Below are positions 26,487-42,940 of a stretch of 64,000 nucleotides of DNA, piece by piece. The notes below the pieces were generated by a model that did not search any database, was not told the origin of the DNA, and saw only the letters and a program-made list of their open reading frames with translations. Position 1 is the first letter of the stretch; the number at the start of each line of letters is the position of its first letter. The DNA is from the human T2T-CHM13v2.0 reference genome, Homo sapiens: the NCBI RefSeq assembly GCF_009914755.1, contig NC_060932.1; one strand, 5' to 3'. Made by a program: the position numbers and the translations under genes.

Positions 26487-28179
26487 TCAGTTGCAGTAGG
26501 AAAGAGCAAAATGCTGCCCTGGTGAACAAGTAAAAAGTATTCATGTTTCAAAGCTGGCTGGTAGACAGTAGCCAGCCAACTCCTCTTGTATTTCCAAGCA
26601 AACACAAGGCAAAGCGATGTTTTTTTATACCTTTTATAAACAATCTGTGTTTAAACAAGGCATACACAATGCTTTCTTTCCAGTCTCTAAAAGCTGGCCA
26701 CTGTTATGTGTTTCATTATACTCCTAAATCCTAAAGAATAAAACAGCCAGCTAGGTAGTGACTGTTTGATCTGCACGTCTTGGCTGGAGATGAGAGTGCA
26801 AAGCAAACCTGCCCAGGCTCCTGTTTCTAAACTCCTCCAGCCAGGAGCGCCTGAGGCTTGCAGTGCAGCAAAGCCAAACTCTTCCTTCCTGCTGGAGGAG
26901 GGCAAGGAATATACAGCACACACCAGTTGCATTCATGAGGAAACAATCTTCCTGCCCACCAGCACTATATTTAGAGCCATCTCTTGGCAATGCAAACTTA
27001 TATTTCTGGGCTTTCTGCCACTTGGACAAAAAAAAAAAAGGAGGGGGGACAAGAAAAACTGGTTTGGTTCCAGTGCTGAGCCCAAACAACAAAAGTTAAA
27101 TGTGGCCTTCCCCATTGATGCATTTCTGTGTCAAACATCACTCCTTCTTCAAAAGCAGTGAACACTGGATGTGGCTCTAAAGAATGGAATGCTTTTTTCC
27201 CCTTCCAATTCTAACGAGTAAAATGTGTCCTACTCTCTAAGGGGACATTTTATAAAGAAGGAAGCAATGAAGCAAATTTATCTGAAAAGGACAGAATGTT
27301 TTAAAAATGTTTAAAGTAATATCATCCATGCTGGGGCTGTCAGCTTCCACAAACATGCAGTAACCCCTGAGAAAAGTTAGAGCCCAAAGTCAGCTACAGG
27401 GTTGATGGAAAAAATATGCAGTGCCAAATAGCTAGGCCTCTCCGACCCTCAAAGGCAGACCCCATGAGAGATGCTCTCTAGCATTTGCTGTTTTGCTACA
27501 TGAACATCTAGCGTCTGGGAATTTCAGGGCTCTTCACTTCCAGGCGAAGTGATGCAGGCAGAGACCTTAGTGTGTACACCCTAAGCAAGCAGCTGCCAGT
27601 CTTACTCACTTGGCTTCGAACTGTGGAATGCCACTGTCTATCAGAAATGAGCAAAACAAACGTCTCTCCTGTCTACTCCCAAACCTAAAGGGCCTTTCCT
27701 GACTTTCTTCTGTTTTTTTTTCCTTACAATTGTATTTTCTGAACTATTTTTAACATTTCTTTCAGTTTAATATCTTGTCATGGTGCTGACTGCTCAGAAA
27801 TGTAGAATACTAACGGGACAGCCAGTATCTCCCATAAATGCAACACCAAGCAGGACAGCCATTTAGTGGTTTGGATAAGTATTTCCTCCGCACTGGTATG
27901 TGCAGTCACCTCTAACTAGTCCAACAAATATAGAAAAGGAAAGAACAAAAATATCTGCAGCTTTGCAGCCATTTTCCCCTGCTAAAATTATAACAGAAAA
28001 TTAAAACAAGTATTAAATTTCTTTTGAAAACCCTCCACAAAATTTCTTAAAATTACGAAATGATATGTATGTATGCAAATTAACTCCACTTGACATGAAA
28101 TATGAACACTTCTGAAAGCCCAGAATAGTTCCATATAATACCTATTCCAGTTTAGGATTTCATAAATGGATAAATGCAA

Positions 28180-28550
28180 AAAGAAACTGACTTGCTGCCA
28201 AACAAAAAACCATTCTCATTGCTCAGGTCTTAAAGACTGTTCACAAGGCCTCCTCCTTCCAGGCCTAGGGTAGATTGTAAGCCCTGCTCCCCTGCAGTTA
28301 GGCATGACCCCATGATCTGCCTGGGTCAGTGGAAAGTGAGCAGAAGTGACATGTGTTGCTTCTCTAACGCTGGTGCTCAGTTCTCTGTGTTCTCTTCTTC
28401 GCTACATTTACCTGAATCCTGTGGATGGGCATGAAGCATAAGCCAGAAATATATTAAAGACTTCGACTGTTTAAGAGACTTTGCTGTTTAAGTCTACTGA
28501 GATTTGGGGCTGCTTGTCACCATGGCAGACCTAGACTACTCTGACCAATA
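28180..28550 (+). mobile_element. Old MaLR/ERVL LTR fragment
   Basis: gcccctgcagttaggcatgac..gtgagcagaagtgacatgtg..tactgagatttggggctgcttgtcacc. Confidence 0.5.
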
Positions 28551-28762
28551 TAGTAAATTAGTAAAAAATTAACAACAATTAGCAGAAGATAATAGGGTAA
28601 AAGTTCATCATAGGTCTAGTACCAAGAAGGCACTCAATTGTGTCACTCCTTCCACAGTGTCCCTTCCCACCATGGCTTAAGATTTGCATGCACTCAACTT
28701 CCAGGATATATCCAGGATCTATTGAAACCCAAAGCAAATAAAACACTTAAAAAGAAAAAACA

Positions 28763-29167
<405 letters not shown>

Positions 29168-29402
29168 TCAATCGGAACTATTCCAAGTACTGAGTTCTAG
29201 GTAGAATCCAGGCATCTATGGTGCTTCCCTGCCTCCCCTGGTGATTTCAGCGTGCAGCCAGGCTTGAGAACCATGGCTTCACATGACTGGGCTTTACCAT
29301 TTTCCAAAACTCAGTCCCAGGACACTGAATAGTTTAGGTAAGCAATGCACAAACAACAGTACCCCCAAACAGCAGTTCGTGTTGTAGCCAAATGTAGCTG
29401 AA

Positions 29403-29780
<378 letters not shown>

Positions 29781-30562
29781 TCAAGACAGACATATCCAAG
29801 AGCAGTATCTCACTCCCTCTAAGAAAACCAAAGTTTCCTGGCACCCAGATCTGTGAACACACAAGTTTCCACTACAATGGAAACAATGATATTGTTATTT
29901 ACTACTCATTCATTACTGATTATGTACCAGGGATATTATTATTTAAAAGATACAATTTCATCTTATCTTCACATCAACCCCATGAGGAGGTATTGTTATC
30001 ATTTCCATTTTACAGACTAGGTAGTTGAGACTATAAGCTTAAGGGACCCACTGTGTTTATGTGTTTGAAAATGAAGAGGTTCATATACTGCCCCATAATA
30101 TGGTGTAAAACTGAGGAACAGGTTGTTTGGAACAATTTCTGTATATGCACTTCTAGTTGTCACAATACCTATTTTTCAGAAACTCACTTGGTTTAACAAC
30201 CTAAAGAACATGTCTTATTAATGGTAGACCACAATGCATAATTTTGGTGAATATGCACTGCATAAAAAATGATTATTATTTGAATTTTGATAAAGTCTGG
30301 CATCATCATATGTAATTCACTTCTTTACCTGAGGTTAAACAGTGTTCATGCATTCACCAAGTGATGATTTAACCTTCTGAGTGCTAGTTAACTGCAGAAA
30401 AAATGGCGAGCAGGACACACAGTCACTGCCCTCTGCGAGCTTACAGTCCAGCTAGGCACACGGGCAATTAGGCAGCAAGAAGAGTGTGCAAAGGGGCAAG
30501 TATTATGAAGTCTCTCAAGGTGGCCAAGGAGACACATGAGTGGCCAGCTGTCCTTCCATATG

Positions 30563-31561
30563 CAGTCATGTACCATGGTGGTCTTGTAAGATTATAATAG
30601 AGCTGAAAAATTCCTATTGACTAGTACTTACCATACTGTACTTTTTATTGTTGTTTCAGAGTACAGTCCTTCTACTTAGGTAAAAATAAAAGTTAACCAT
30701 AAAACAGCCTGAGGCAGGTCCTTTAGAGGTATTTCAGAAGAAGGCATTGTTATCATAGGAGATGACAGCTCCATGCATGTTATTGCCCCTGAACACCTTC
30801 CAGTAGAACAAGATGTGGAGGTGGAAGACAGTGATATTGATAATCCTGACCTTGTATAGGCCCAGGCTAATGTGTGTATTTATGTCTTAGTTTTCAGCAA
30901 AAAGGTTTAAAATGTAAAAAATTAAAAATTTTAAAAATGGAAGCTTATAGAATAAGGACGTAAAGAAAATATTTTGTGTAGCTATATAATGTATCTGTGT
31001 TTTAAGCTAAGTGTTATTAAAAGAGTCAAAAAGTTAAAAAAAAAAACCTTAAATGTTTATAAACTAAAAAAGTCACAGTAAGCTAAGGTTAATATATTGC
31101 TGAAGAAATTTTAAAAAATAAATTTGGTGTAGCCTAAGTGTACAGTGTTTATAGAGTCTCCAGTAGTGTACAATAAGGTCCTAGCCCTTCACTTCACTCA
31201 CCACTCACTCACTGACTCACCCAGCACAGCCCCCGGTCCTGCAAGCTCCACTCATGGTAAATGCCCTACACAGGTATACCATTTTTAATCCTTTATATTT
31301 TTACCGTACCTTTTTAATGTTTAGATAGATTTAAATACACAAATACCATTGTGTTACAATTGCCTGCAGTATTCCGTACAATAACACGCTGTACAAGTTT
31401 GTAGCCTGGGAGCAACAGGCTAGACCATATAGCCTAGGTGTATAGTAGCCTCTACCATCAAGGTTTGTGTTAAGTATTCTATGATGCTTGCACAATGACA
31501 AAATTGCCTAATGACGCATTTCTCAGAATGCCTATCCCCATAGTTAAGTGACACATGACTG
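30563..31561 (+). mobile_element. Tigger3 (Golem; Tigger3b-like) non-autonomous TcMar DNA transposon
   Basis: TIR ends CAGTCATG (30563) and CATGACTG (31561) followed by TA; internal agctgaaaaattcctat, tcactcaccactcactcactgactcaccc. Confidence 0.88.
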
Positions 31562-32282
31562 TAATTGAAGGGCACTGGGCTTTCTTTCTTATACCTATGG
31601 CCAATTTAACAGATACACTCATTGTCCAGACTTTGGCCTACTATGGTGTTGTATTATAGCTGTGCCTTTGGAGCAATTTGTATCAATATCACATTGCTTC
31701 AAATACATCTTCACTGTCATCGGAAGTATTTCCAGTCTCAAGTATAAAGGGCTTCCTTCAGTTCACTGTGGAGCAAAGGCTCAGCTAGTCACCAAATTAT
31801 CAGTTATCACAGGAACCGGCAAGCGGAGCAGAGGTGCATTAAAAGCTGGCTCTCAACCTGTTGAATTACTAAGCATAATTTGGGCCTTTATTCTACCTTC
31901 ACTTAAGAGACTGATGAAGTGTGGGAAGCACACTTTCCACAAAAAGGCCTTTGTCAAGTGTCACCCTTATTAAGCATTTTGCACAGAACTACAGGTCATT
32001 ATATATCATCTGGTCTGAGACAGCCATTTTGTTAATACCTCCCTCCTTCTTTGAAAAAAACCAACAATGGTTTTGTAGATCTGTTCTATAACTCAGTTTC
32101 AAATATTAGAAAAGAAAGCAAAATATACTGACTCATTTTAAGAGTTTGCAAGAAGAGGACCATAATCGCTAATAATAAAATAGCTAATACTTATTAGGCT
32201 CTTACTAGATGAAAGCTACATATACTGTCTTACGTGTGCTATCTCATTTAAACTTTATCAAAACCACATAAGGTAGGCATCC

Positions 32283-32469
32283 TTGCATTTTATCAATTCT
32301 AAAGCATACACTTTTTTCATATTTTAATATGTTTGAAATCAGGTGCATTTTATAATCAATCAAGTTATATCACAGTTTAATTGGCAGCATTATTTTTCTT
32401 TATGAATTACACAGAAAATAATGCTGTATCTTAAAATACATAGTGCCTTAGATGTAATAAAATATGGTA
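32283..32469. mobile_element. MER104-like TcMar element inserted in a MIR (~32170-32620)
   Basis: Degenerate TIRs gcattttatcaattctaa / ttagatgtaataaaatatgg; MIR halves on both sides. Confidence 0.55.
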
Positions 32470-32949
32470 GTATTATCCCCATTTTACAGAGAAAGAAACT
32501 GAGCCTTACAGAATTTGAGTAACTTGCCAAAGGTTATATAGCAAGTAAGTGGCAAAGGAAGCATGTGATCCCAGGTTTTTCTGACTCCAAAGTTCATGCT
32601 CTGAACTGGTACACTATACTGCTTCCCATCACATAGAAACACTAGATTTAAAAAACATTCATCCATTCAGCACTTAGTATCTATCATGAATAAGACACTA
32701 TACTAGGAATGCAAGGAGTAGAAACATGAGCACAACAGCTTTTAATGTGACTGATTAGGGACTGTGGGCACCTGAGCAGTTAACTAGAATGTTCAGCTTT
32801 GTAGACTTTTGATGGACCCTAGAGTAACATTATAGTTAAGCCTGAGCTTTTTTTTCCAGGGCCTTTTTTTTTTTTTTCCACTAGCAAAATATCTCACACC
32901 TGCATACAAGCTTTGGACTGGGTGAGTAATATTTAAATCAACATTTTGG

Positions 32950-33801
<852 letters not shown>

Positions 33802-33915
33802 CTTGGTACTATGTTTTGAATGTACAGGTGTCTCCAAAATTCACAGATTGGAACCTAAGATCCAGTGTGATATTTTGATTAATGAGGCTGAATTCTCATG
33901 GATGGGATAAGCACC

Positions 33916-34669
<754 letters not shown>

Positions 34670-35842
34670 GTACCCTTATACAAGGGCTGCAAGGAATTAC
34701 AGAGGCCCTCTTGCCCTTCCACTCTTCCACTACATGAGGACACAGCAAGAAGGTGCTATTATGGAAGCAGAGAGCAGCTTCACCAGATACCAAATGCCGA
34801 CACCTTGATCTTAGACTTCTCAGCCTTCAGAACTGTGAGAAATAAGTTTCTGTTTTTACAACTTACCCCAGTCTCAGCTATTTTGTTATAGAGCAGGAAA
34901 GAACTAGTACAATTGGTTAAAAGGTAAATTTCTTTGTGTCACAGACATTTGTGGTGCTCTCAAATAACTGGCACTAAAAATTCTAACTATAAATTTAACC
35001 TTTTTGGGGGTTTGGGCCATAATCCTGAAAGACACAATCCTAAACACTATAATCCTGAACACTGAAATCCCCAAAAATCATAATCCCTAACATCTAAAAT
35101 CCTGGAAATCACAATCCTGAGAGATCAAAATCTTGAAAATATAATTCTGAAAAAATAACTTAATAAAAATTCCTTGAGACATTTATTTACATTTTTGAAA
35201 AGGAGATTTGAGAAACATCTAAAAACATGATAAAATATGTTGTAGGCCACTTTACACAATAAAATAGGCAAGAACTAATATACAGATATTTGTAAGCATA
35301 AACACTCAGGTATACTAACAATGGTCACATGGGTGTAAAAGTTATGAGAAGACAAATCATATTCATAAATAGGTCAAAAGGCAAAATGTATAAACAAAGT
35401 CACTGTGGTTGGTAATTGTGTACACCCAGCTTTATAACTGTGGCATCTGAAATACCTTGATAGATAACCTAAGTCTTTTGATGAGATCTGTTAATAAACT
35501 TCAATGGGTCACCACCATATATGCAGTTGCCCAAAGAACCAAGATCTAAAGAAATTTTATCTTTAACAAATGCAGGTGTACAAAAGGACATCTTCATTTA
35601 CTGAGGAAGTTTCAATATTTCTACATATGCGCACAATGCTTATACCCAATGTTGTGATAATGCACTTTTGTGAAGTCAAATTGGCCAAAAAAAAGCATAA
35701 AATGAATTAGATGTCTCTAAAAATCTTGACACAATTTATACCTCCAGTATTGGACATGATGTGAAAATGAAATACATCACATAGCAAATTGATACTATGT
35801 GTGAAGGGGCAGAAGTCATAAGTGACTGAATAGTTTGGCAGG

Positions 35843-38136
35843 TGTATTACTTCATTTTCATACTGTTACAAAGAAATATCTGAGACTAGGTAATTTATAA
35901 AGGAAAGAGGTTTAATTAACTCACAGTTCCACATGACTGGGGAGGCCTCAGCAAACTTACAATCATGGTGAAAGGTGAAGGGGAAGTAAGGACCTTCTTC
36001 ACATGGTGGCAGGAGACTGAAGTGCAAGCAGAGGAAATGCCAGATGCTTATAAAACCATCAGATCTCATGAGAACCCACTCACTGTCACGAGAACAGCAT
36101 GGGGGAAACTGGTCCCATTATCTAATCACCTCCCTCCCTTGACATGTGGGGATTACAGGTCCCTACCTCAACATGTGGGTATTATAATTCAAGATGAGAT
36201 TTGGGTAGGGACATAGCCAAACCATATTATTCTGCCCTGGCCCCTCTCAAATCTCACGTCCCTTATACATTTCCAAACCAATCATGCCTTCCCAACAGTC
36301 CTCCAAAGTCTTAAGTCATTCAAGCATTAACTCAATGTCCAAGTCCAAAGTCTCATCTAAGACAAGGCAAGTCCTTTCCACCTATCAGCCTATCAAAAGC
36401 AAGTTAGTTCCTTGCAAGGTACAATGAGGGTACAGATTGGATAAATGCTCCCATTCCAAATGGGAGAAGCTGGCCAAAACACAGGGGCTATAGGCCCCAT
36501 GTAAGTCCAAAATCCAGTGGGGCAGTTATTAAATCTTAAAGCTCCTAAATAACCTCTTTTGACTCCATATCTCATATTCAGCGCATGCTGATGCAAGAGG
36601 TGGGTTGCCATGGTTTTAGGCAGCTCTGCCCCTGTGGCTTTGCAGGGTACAACCTTCCTCCTGGTTGCTTTCATGGGCTGGCATTGAGTGTCTGCAGCTT
36701 TTCTAGGTGCACGGTGCCAGCTGTTGGTGGATCTACCATTCTGGGGTCTGGAGGAAAGTGGCTCTCTTCTCACAGCTCCACTTGGCAGTGTCCCAGTGGG
36801 GACTCTGGTGGGGGCTCCAACCCCACATTTCCCTTCCACACTGCCCTAGCAGAGGTTCTCCATGAGGGTCCCACCCCTGCAGCAAGCATTTCCTTACATT
36901 CCAGACATCCAGGTGTTTTCATACATTCTCTGAAATCTAGGTGGAGGTTCTCAAACCTCAATTCTTGACTTCTGTGCACCTGCAGGCTCAACACCAAATG
37001 GAAGCTGCCAAGGCTTGGGGCTTGCACCCTCTGAAACCATGGCCTGTGGTGTACCTTGGCCCTTTTTAGCCATAACTAGAGCAACTGGGACACAGGGCAC
37101 CAAGTGCCTAGGCTGCACACAGCAGGGGGTCCTGGACCTGGCTCAGAAAACCATTTTCCCTCCTAGGCCTCTGGGCCTGTGATGAGAGGGGCTCCCGTGA
37201 AGGTCTCTGACATGTCCTGGAGACATTTCCCCCATTTCATGGCTATTAACATTCGGCTCCTCATTACCTATGTAAATTTCTACAGCAGGCTTGAATTTCT
37301 CCCCAGAAAATAGGTTTCTCTTTTCTATCACATTGTCAGGCTGCACATTTTCCAAACTTTTATGATCTGTCACCTCTTGAATGCTTTGCTGCTCAGAAAT
37401 TTCTTCCACCAGATACCCTAAATCATCTCTCTCAAGTTCAAAGTTACACAGGTCTCTCTAGGACAGGGGCAAAATGCTGCCAGTATTTTTGTTAAAGCAC
37501 AGCAAGAGTGACCTTTGCTCCAGTTCCCAGTAAGTTCCTCATCTCCATCTGAGATCACCTCAGCCTGGACTTCATTGTCCACATCAGTATCAGCATTTTG
37601 CTCAAAACCATTCAACAAATCTCTAGCAAGTGCCAAACTTTCCCACATTTTCCTGTCTTCTTCTGAGCATTCCAAACTGTTCCAACCTCTGCCTGTTACC
37701 CAGTTCCAAAGTTGCTTCTACATTTTTGGGTAGTGGCAGTACCCCACTCTCTGTGGTACCAATTTATTGTATTGGTAAATACACTGCTATAAAGAATCAG
37801 CAGTTTTCACACCACTATAAAGAAATAACGGAGACTGGGTAATTTATAAAGGAAAGATCCACAGTTCCACATGGCTGAGGAGGTCTCAGGAAACTTAGAG
37901 TCATGGTGGAAGATGAAGGGGAAGCAAGGACCTTCTTTGCATGACGGCAAGAGAGAGAAGTGCCAGCAGGGGAAATCCCAGATGCTTATAAAACCATCAG
38001 ATCTCATGAGAACTCACTATCACAAGAATACATGGGGGAAACTGCCCCATCATCCAATCACGTCCCTCCCTCGACACATGGGGATTACAATTTGAGATGA
38101 GATTTGGATGGGGACAGAGAACTAAACCTTATTATA
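35843..38136 (-). mobile_element. Complete MaLR provirus (MSTA/THE1D-type): LTR 35843-36229, internal 36230-37767, LTR 37768-38136
   Basis: Two LTRs, MaLR-int sequence, 5-bp TSD GCAGG at 35838-35842 and 38137-38141. Confidence 0.92.
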
Positions 38137-38423
38137 GCAGGGGAGATTTTTTGTGTTTTTCACTTGTGTTTTCACTTCTTCCATGATCTTCAAAACTCAC
38201 TGCATTTACATTTGGAGAGTGGTTGTGGTCTGCAAATTTTCTATGTATATGCTGTCCAACTGAAAGTTTGGTTATTGCTTGGCCATTGTAATTAAGTGAT
38301 TTTCTGCTTTTGCAGCACCAATAATAATTAGCTTTTAAACTTTTATCTTTCACCATTAAGAGAGCCTCGTACGCTTATCACAGACTTTTATTCAAGAGAA
38401 TAATTTCATATATCTCTTACATT
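38137..38423 (-). pseudogene. MULE transposase N-terminal FLYWCH zinc-finger remnant
   Basis: MVKDKSLKANYYWCCKSRKSLNYNGQAITKLSVGQHIHRKFADHNH (W-x-C...HxH); degraded ATG at ~38423; appears to continue at <=35842 beyond the MaLR. Confidence 0.75.
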
Positions 38424-38478
38424 TTGTTATAAGAAATACAGTAAGAAGGAATGATATTCAGCTTCTCCATACCAAATC

Positions 38479-39180
38479 TGTATCAGTCAGGGTTCTCCAG
38501 GGAGATGGAACCAATAGCATATGCATATGAGAAGATATTTATTAGGGGAATTGGCCCATAGGATTATGGTGGTTGAGAAGTCCCATGACAGGCTGTCTGA
38601 AAACTGGAGACTCTTGGGATGCTGATAGCCTGGTTCAGTCCCAAGTCCAAAGGTCTCAGAACCAGGGAAGCTAATGGTATAACTCTCAGTTTTAAGTCAA
38701 AATCCTCAGGCCTTGGGGGGGCCACTGGTGAAAGCCCTGGGGTCCAAAGGCTGGTGAGCCTAATGTTCTGGCCATGACAACAGGAGAAAAGTCTGCCCCA
38801 GCTCTCAAAGAGAGAGGCCTTCTGTATTTGTTCTCTCCAGGCCCCCAACCAACTGGATGGTGCCTGCCAGCATTGAGGGCAGATCCTCCCCACCTGGTCC
38901 ACTCCGACTCACTCACACTAATCTCCTATGGAAATACCCTCACATACACACCCCAAATCATGCTTTAACAGGTTTCCATGTATTCCTTAATTTAGCAAAT
39001 TGATGCCTAAAATTCAGTCCACAAGTCCACTCCTTGTCAACTTGGCACCCAAACCCACATCCTTATGCCATAGTTAATTTCCAAATAAAGACAATAACAA
39101 GGTAATAGTTCAGCCCAACATGAGGTAACCAACATGATGTAACTATCCTGCATATAGCCGAAAACTCACACTATTTTATT
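38479..39180 (-). mobile_element. MLT2B-type ERVL LTR (38479-39023) plus ERVL internal 3' end and PPT (39024-39180)
   Basis: tgtatcagtcagggttctccag..gaaccaatag; agtccactccttgtcaacttgg (PPT); runs directly into the right TIR. Confidence 0.85.
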
Positions 39181-39609
39181 CCCCAGAATTTAGATGTCAG
39201 GATTTTAACATTTGGGATTTTAATCTCTTGCAATTGTGATTTTTGGGATTTTTAGATGTTAGGGATTTTACAGTTTAGGGATTTTGACCTTTTGGGATTT
39301 TGACATTCAGAATTATGGCATTTGGGATTGCATCTTTTGAGATTTTCAGCAGCACCTATCTCTTCATTAGATCATAAAAATTATAGATAAGAATTATGAT
39401 CAACACCGATCTCTTGGCTAGATTATAAAAATAATAGCTACCATTTACCGAGTATCCATTAAAAGCCAGGTAAATTCCAGCATGTATTAGTGCAACTATG
39501 GCCACATCTACCAAGCAATAATTCATTAGTGTAGTTTACTGCGTATGTAAGAAACAGTAAGTGATGATTTCATTTAGCAATTAAAAAAAAAGTTTAGTGA
39601 ACTTTACTA

Positions 39610-40130
39610 TTTCCTTGTCCAATTACTACTCCTTCTCTTGTTTTGGTAAATATACTCTTTCCTTCTAGAATATGCTACTTCTTCTATTAATAATACCAGT
39701 TATATTATTCTAGTGGGTCTTTATCTTATGTGACTCGCTTCCCTGTTCACAGTAACTGATCCAAGGGTAGGCACCTCATCCAAACTCGGCCAACAGGCAC
39801 CCTTCTCCAATATTTTTTTTTAATGTGGGGCAGAAGAGAGTAATGAAAATTCCTTGAGTTCCAAAGCAGCAAGGGTCAAACATGAACTCTCAATGGCCAG
39901 GTTCCCTGCTGTGTGCAGGAAGTCATTCTTCAGATGGGAATAATGATACGAACACCCAGAAAGGGGCAATCTGGTTCCTTCCAGTCATTGCTGCTATTTC
40001 CTGGTGTCTAGCTGCACCCCTGTCCTTTCCTGGGGTCACAGAAGCCTTACTATAAACTCCCTTTGGGATCAAAGCAAGCTTAATTTAGCTTCAGTTATCT
40101 CCAATTAAAAGAGACTTTAGTTAATACAAT
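39610..40130 (+). mobile_element. Old ERVL LTR (LTR16-like)
   Basis: tgatccaagggtaggcac..atccaaactcggccaac..ttagttaataca. Confidence 0.5.
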
Positions 40131-40258
40131 TTCCTAAACTATGTTACTGATATTTTGAAATATGTGGATCCTTTATATTGTTTGGAAACAAATTTTCTAT
40201 TACTAATTAATTACTACCACACTTAGCTGACTTCTGTATCACAGAATATTAGAGTTAG

Positions 40259-40590
<332 letters not shown>

Positions 40591-42267
40591 GCGTGACTCT
40601 TAGTTTTAAATAAGGAAACCACACCATACAGAGGTTAAGCTACTTTCCACAATAAAAGTCCATGCCAGAATTTCCTAAAATTTGACCTTCTACACCCATT
40701 CCAGTGAGTGCTATCATATATAACATTACGTTGAGGTCCCAGGAATTAATGGAGGCTTAAAGAATTTGACCTTTGTTCTAAAGATGCCTCACAAATCTGT
40801 CATCTTTCAAAGACTTGTAATTAACTTGGTTAATTAATAAATATCTTATAATAACAGTTTATTTGATTTCACCCATTAAAGTATTCATTGTTCATTCTCA
40901 ATTCTAAGGACACCGAGAAACACATGGCCACCAGTGTTAAAATTATGTAAAATATAAGGAACTCCATGTTCCCTCCTCTACACTCTGGTTTAGTTTAACC
41001 TCTTCACTTCTAGACTGCATAATAGTTGCTAAACAAATAAGAATAATTCAAAATTTACTATATAATCAATAACACTGCCTCGTTTTCTACTCACATATAA
41101 TTTTAATCATAAAATAGTGCATGTTGAAGAAAATATAGAAACAGAAAAGCAGAAAGAAAAACATTCACTCATGCTTAATGTCTGAAATTGGTGTAAGCAA
41201 TAACCCTGAACTATATAATGCTTTGGCTAGTTTTTGTAAACTTATTGATACTAAGCAGCTACAATCCAATACTCCAAAGAGGCAGTTGTTAATATGTTAA
41301 TCAATACCCCAGGTGTTCTCTTATAAGCACCTTTACAAAGAAATTCACTTCGCTCTACTCAGCTTTTTTGCTGCTATTAAAATTACCTTCTCCTTGAAAC
41401 CCTCTATAACTAAGGTCATCAACCCACTTTTCGCAGAGGTTCCTTTGCTTGCAGTACACATTTTAAGAATATCTGGGCCTACTAATCGCCTTGAGTTTTA
41501 GAAGAAACTAAACAGGCTTCCCTGAGGTTTTCTTGAACAGTTTAGTTCACTTGAAATCTCTATAGCAACCTAAAGGCATAGATGTCTTTGGAATAAATAA
41601 ACCATGCCAAAGCAAGCAGAGATTGTGGCCCAAGGGCATGCATGTTGCAACACAAGCTTTGAGTGTAGATTATATTGCAGCTGCAAGATAGTGTGAGGAG
41701 AAAATACTGTCTATGAGATAGTTTTTGGAAACATCCAACAAGATTGAAAACAAGCAGGAGTAAGTGTGATTAATCAGATGTCAGAAATGATTCTTTAATA
41801 CTAAGAAACAAGACTACAGTACAAAACTAATTAGGTTTTTTTTTCCTTTCAGACTCCTTAAAAAATAAAGCTTTATGTGATATGTCCTTGTCAGTACATC
41901 TCCCATAAGCCAATCACCCTCAAGAAGAAATTAAGAGGCTAAACTGGAAAAAATCAGCCTGCTTCCACCATGAGTTGGACACTGGCAAGTTACTGTAATT
42001 CATGCCTTTCTCAGTGCTCCACATGAACACAAAAAGGTTTGTATTCAATAATAATAAGGCATATTCTTTTTAATTTTCTTCTCTAGGTGAAGGCCATGGG
42101 TTTGCTTTGAGACAACTACTGATTCTCAATGGATCTCTCACACTTTTAATGAGAAGGGATTAGGCAGTAACTCAAAGCCCAGATTTTCTTTGTAATTTTA
42201 ATAACACAAGGTTGGCATCAGAAAATAAAGGCGGTTAACATCGCATGCTATCTAACTCAACTCCATC

Positions 42268-42474
42268 CAGTGGTGTGCTGGAGTCAGCTTATACTAGCTT
42301 ATGAAGGGTAATGGATACATCTCTTCCCAACCCCGTGTTTAGACATGTCATTTTAGTAGCCTGAAATTGGCCATAGAGGAGTATTTACACCAGAGAAATC
42401 AGCAAATGATACAAATGAGCACTTCTTTCTTCTTCTGGAGAGCTAGTTGTCAAATATTTACTAGAACATCACTA
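42268..42474. mobile_element. MER63A-like hAT-Blackjack element
   Basis: cagtggtgtgctggag..gagtatttacacca.agaaatc.gcaaa..aacatcacta. Confidence 0.75.
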
Positions 42475-42940
42475 GTTTCATCCATTCATCCAGCCATCTA
42501 ACATGTATTTACTGAAATCTAACATATCACAAGCTAAGACCTTGTGATAAGCCCTAAGAGTACACAACCTACACAGTCTGTGCCATAAAACAGCATACAT
42601 TTTAGTTTCCTAAAATGTGTGGACCAACAAAAATACTGGTATATGATTTTCTTTCCCAGCTGAGTTAGATGGTTCATGATGATGTTCAAATCTTTAGAGA
42701 TTCTAAAGAACTCTATTAGCAAATGAAGTGGAGTCTAGGAAAACTGCACTAGTTCTTGCTGGAGAGAATTAAGACTTATTGATGAAACTCCTGATTTGGT
42801 GATTCTGCAGAGGCCCACTTACTCAGCAATTATTAAATTAAACTTTTTATTTTGAGATAATTGTAGATTCACAGTAAGTTGCAAGAAAATAATATAGAGA
42901 GTTCCCATGTATAATTCACCCAGTTTCTCCCAATGGTAAC

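Larger units (their letters stand above)
35008..39356. mobile_element. Ricksha-type (MULE/MuDR) non-autonomous DNA transposon carrying an ERVL/MLT2 segment
   Basis: ~150-bp imperfect TIRs built of AAATCC-type repeats (35008-35155; 39180-39356); FLYWCH remnant; MLT2 plus ERVL-int cargo; no TSD recognised. Confidence 0.85.

Noticed and set aside
26751-27161. Four overlapping ORFs on both strands
   Set aside because: No domain; poly-K/F runs come from an A-tract; better read as noncoding
35008-35155. Periodic repeats resembling a CRISPR or telomeric array
   Set aside because: Eukaryotic context and a mirrored copy at 39.2-39.35 kb show a transposon TIR
36393-37733. ORFs in MaLR internal regions (also 43028-43432)
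   Set aside because: Fragments of the degenerate MaLR internal ORF; no evidence of function
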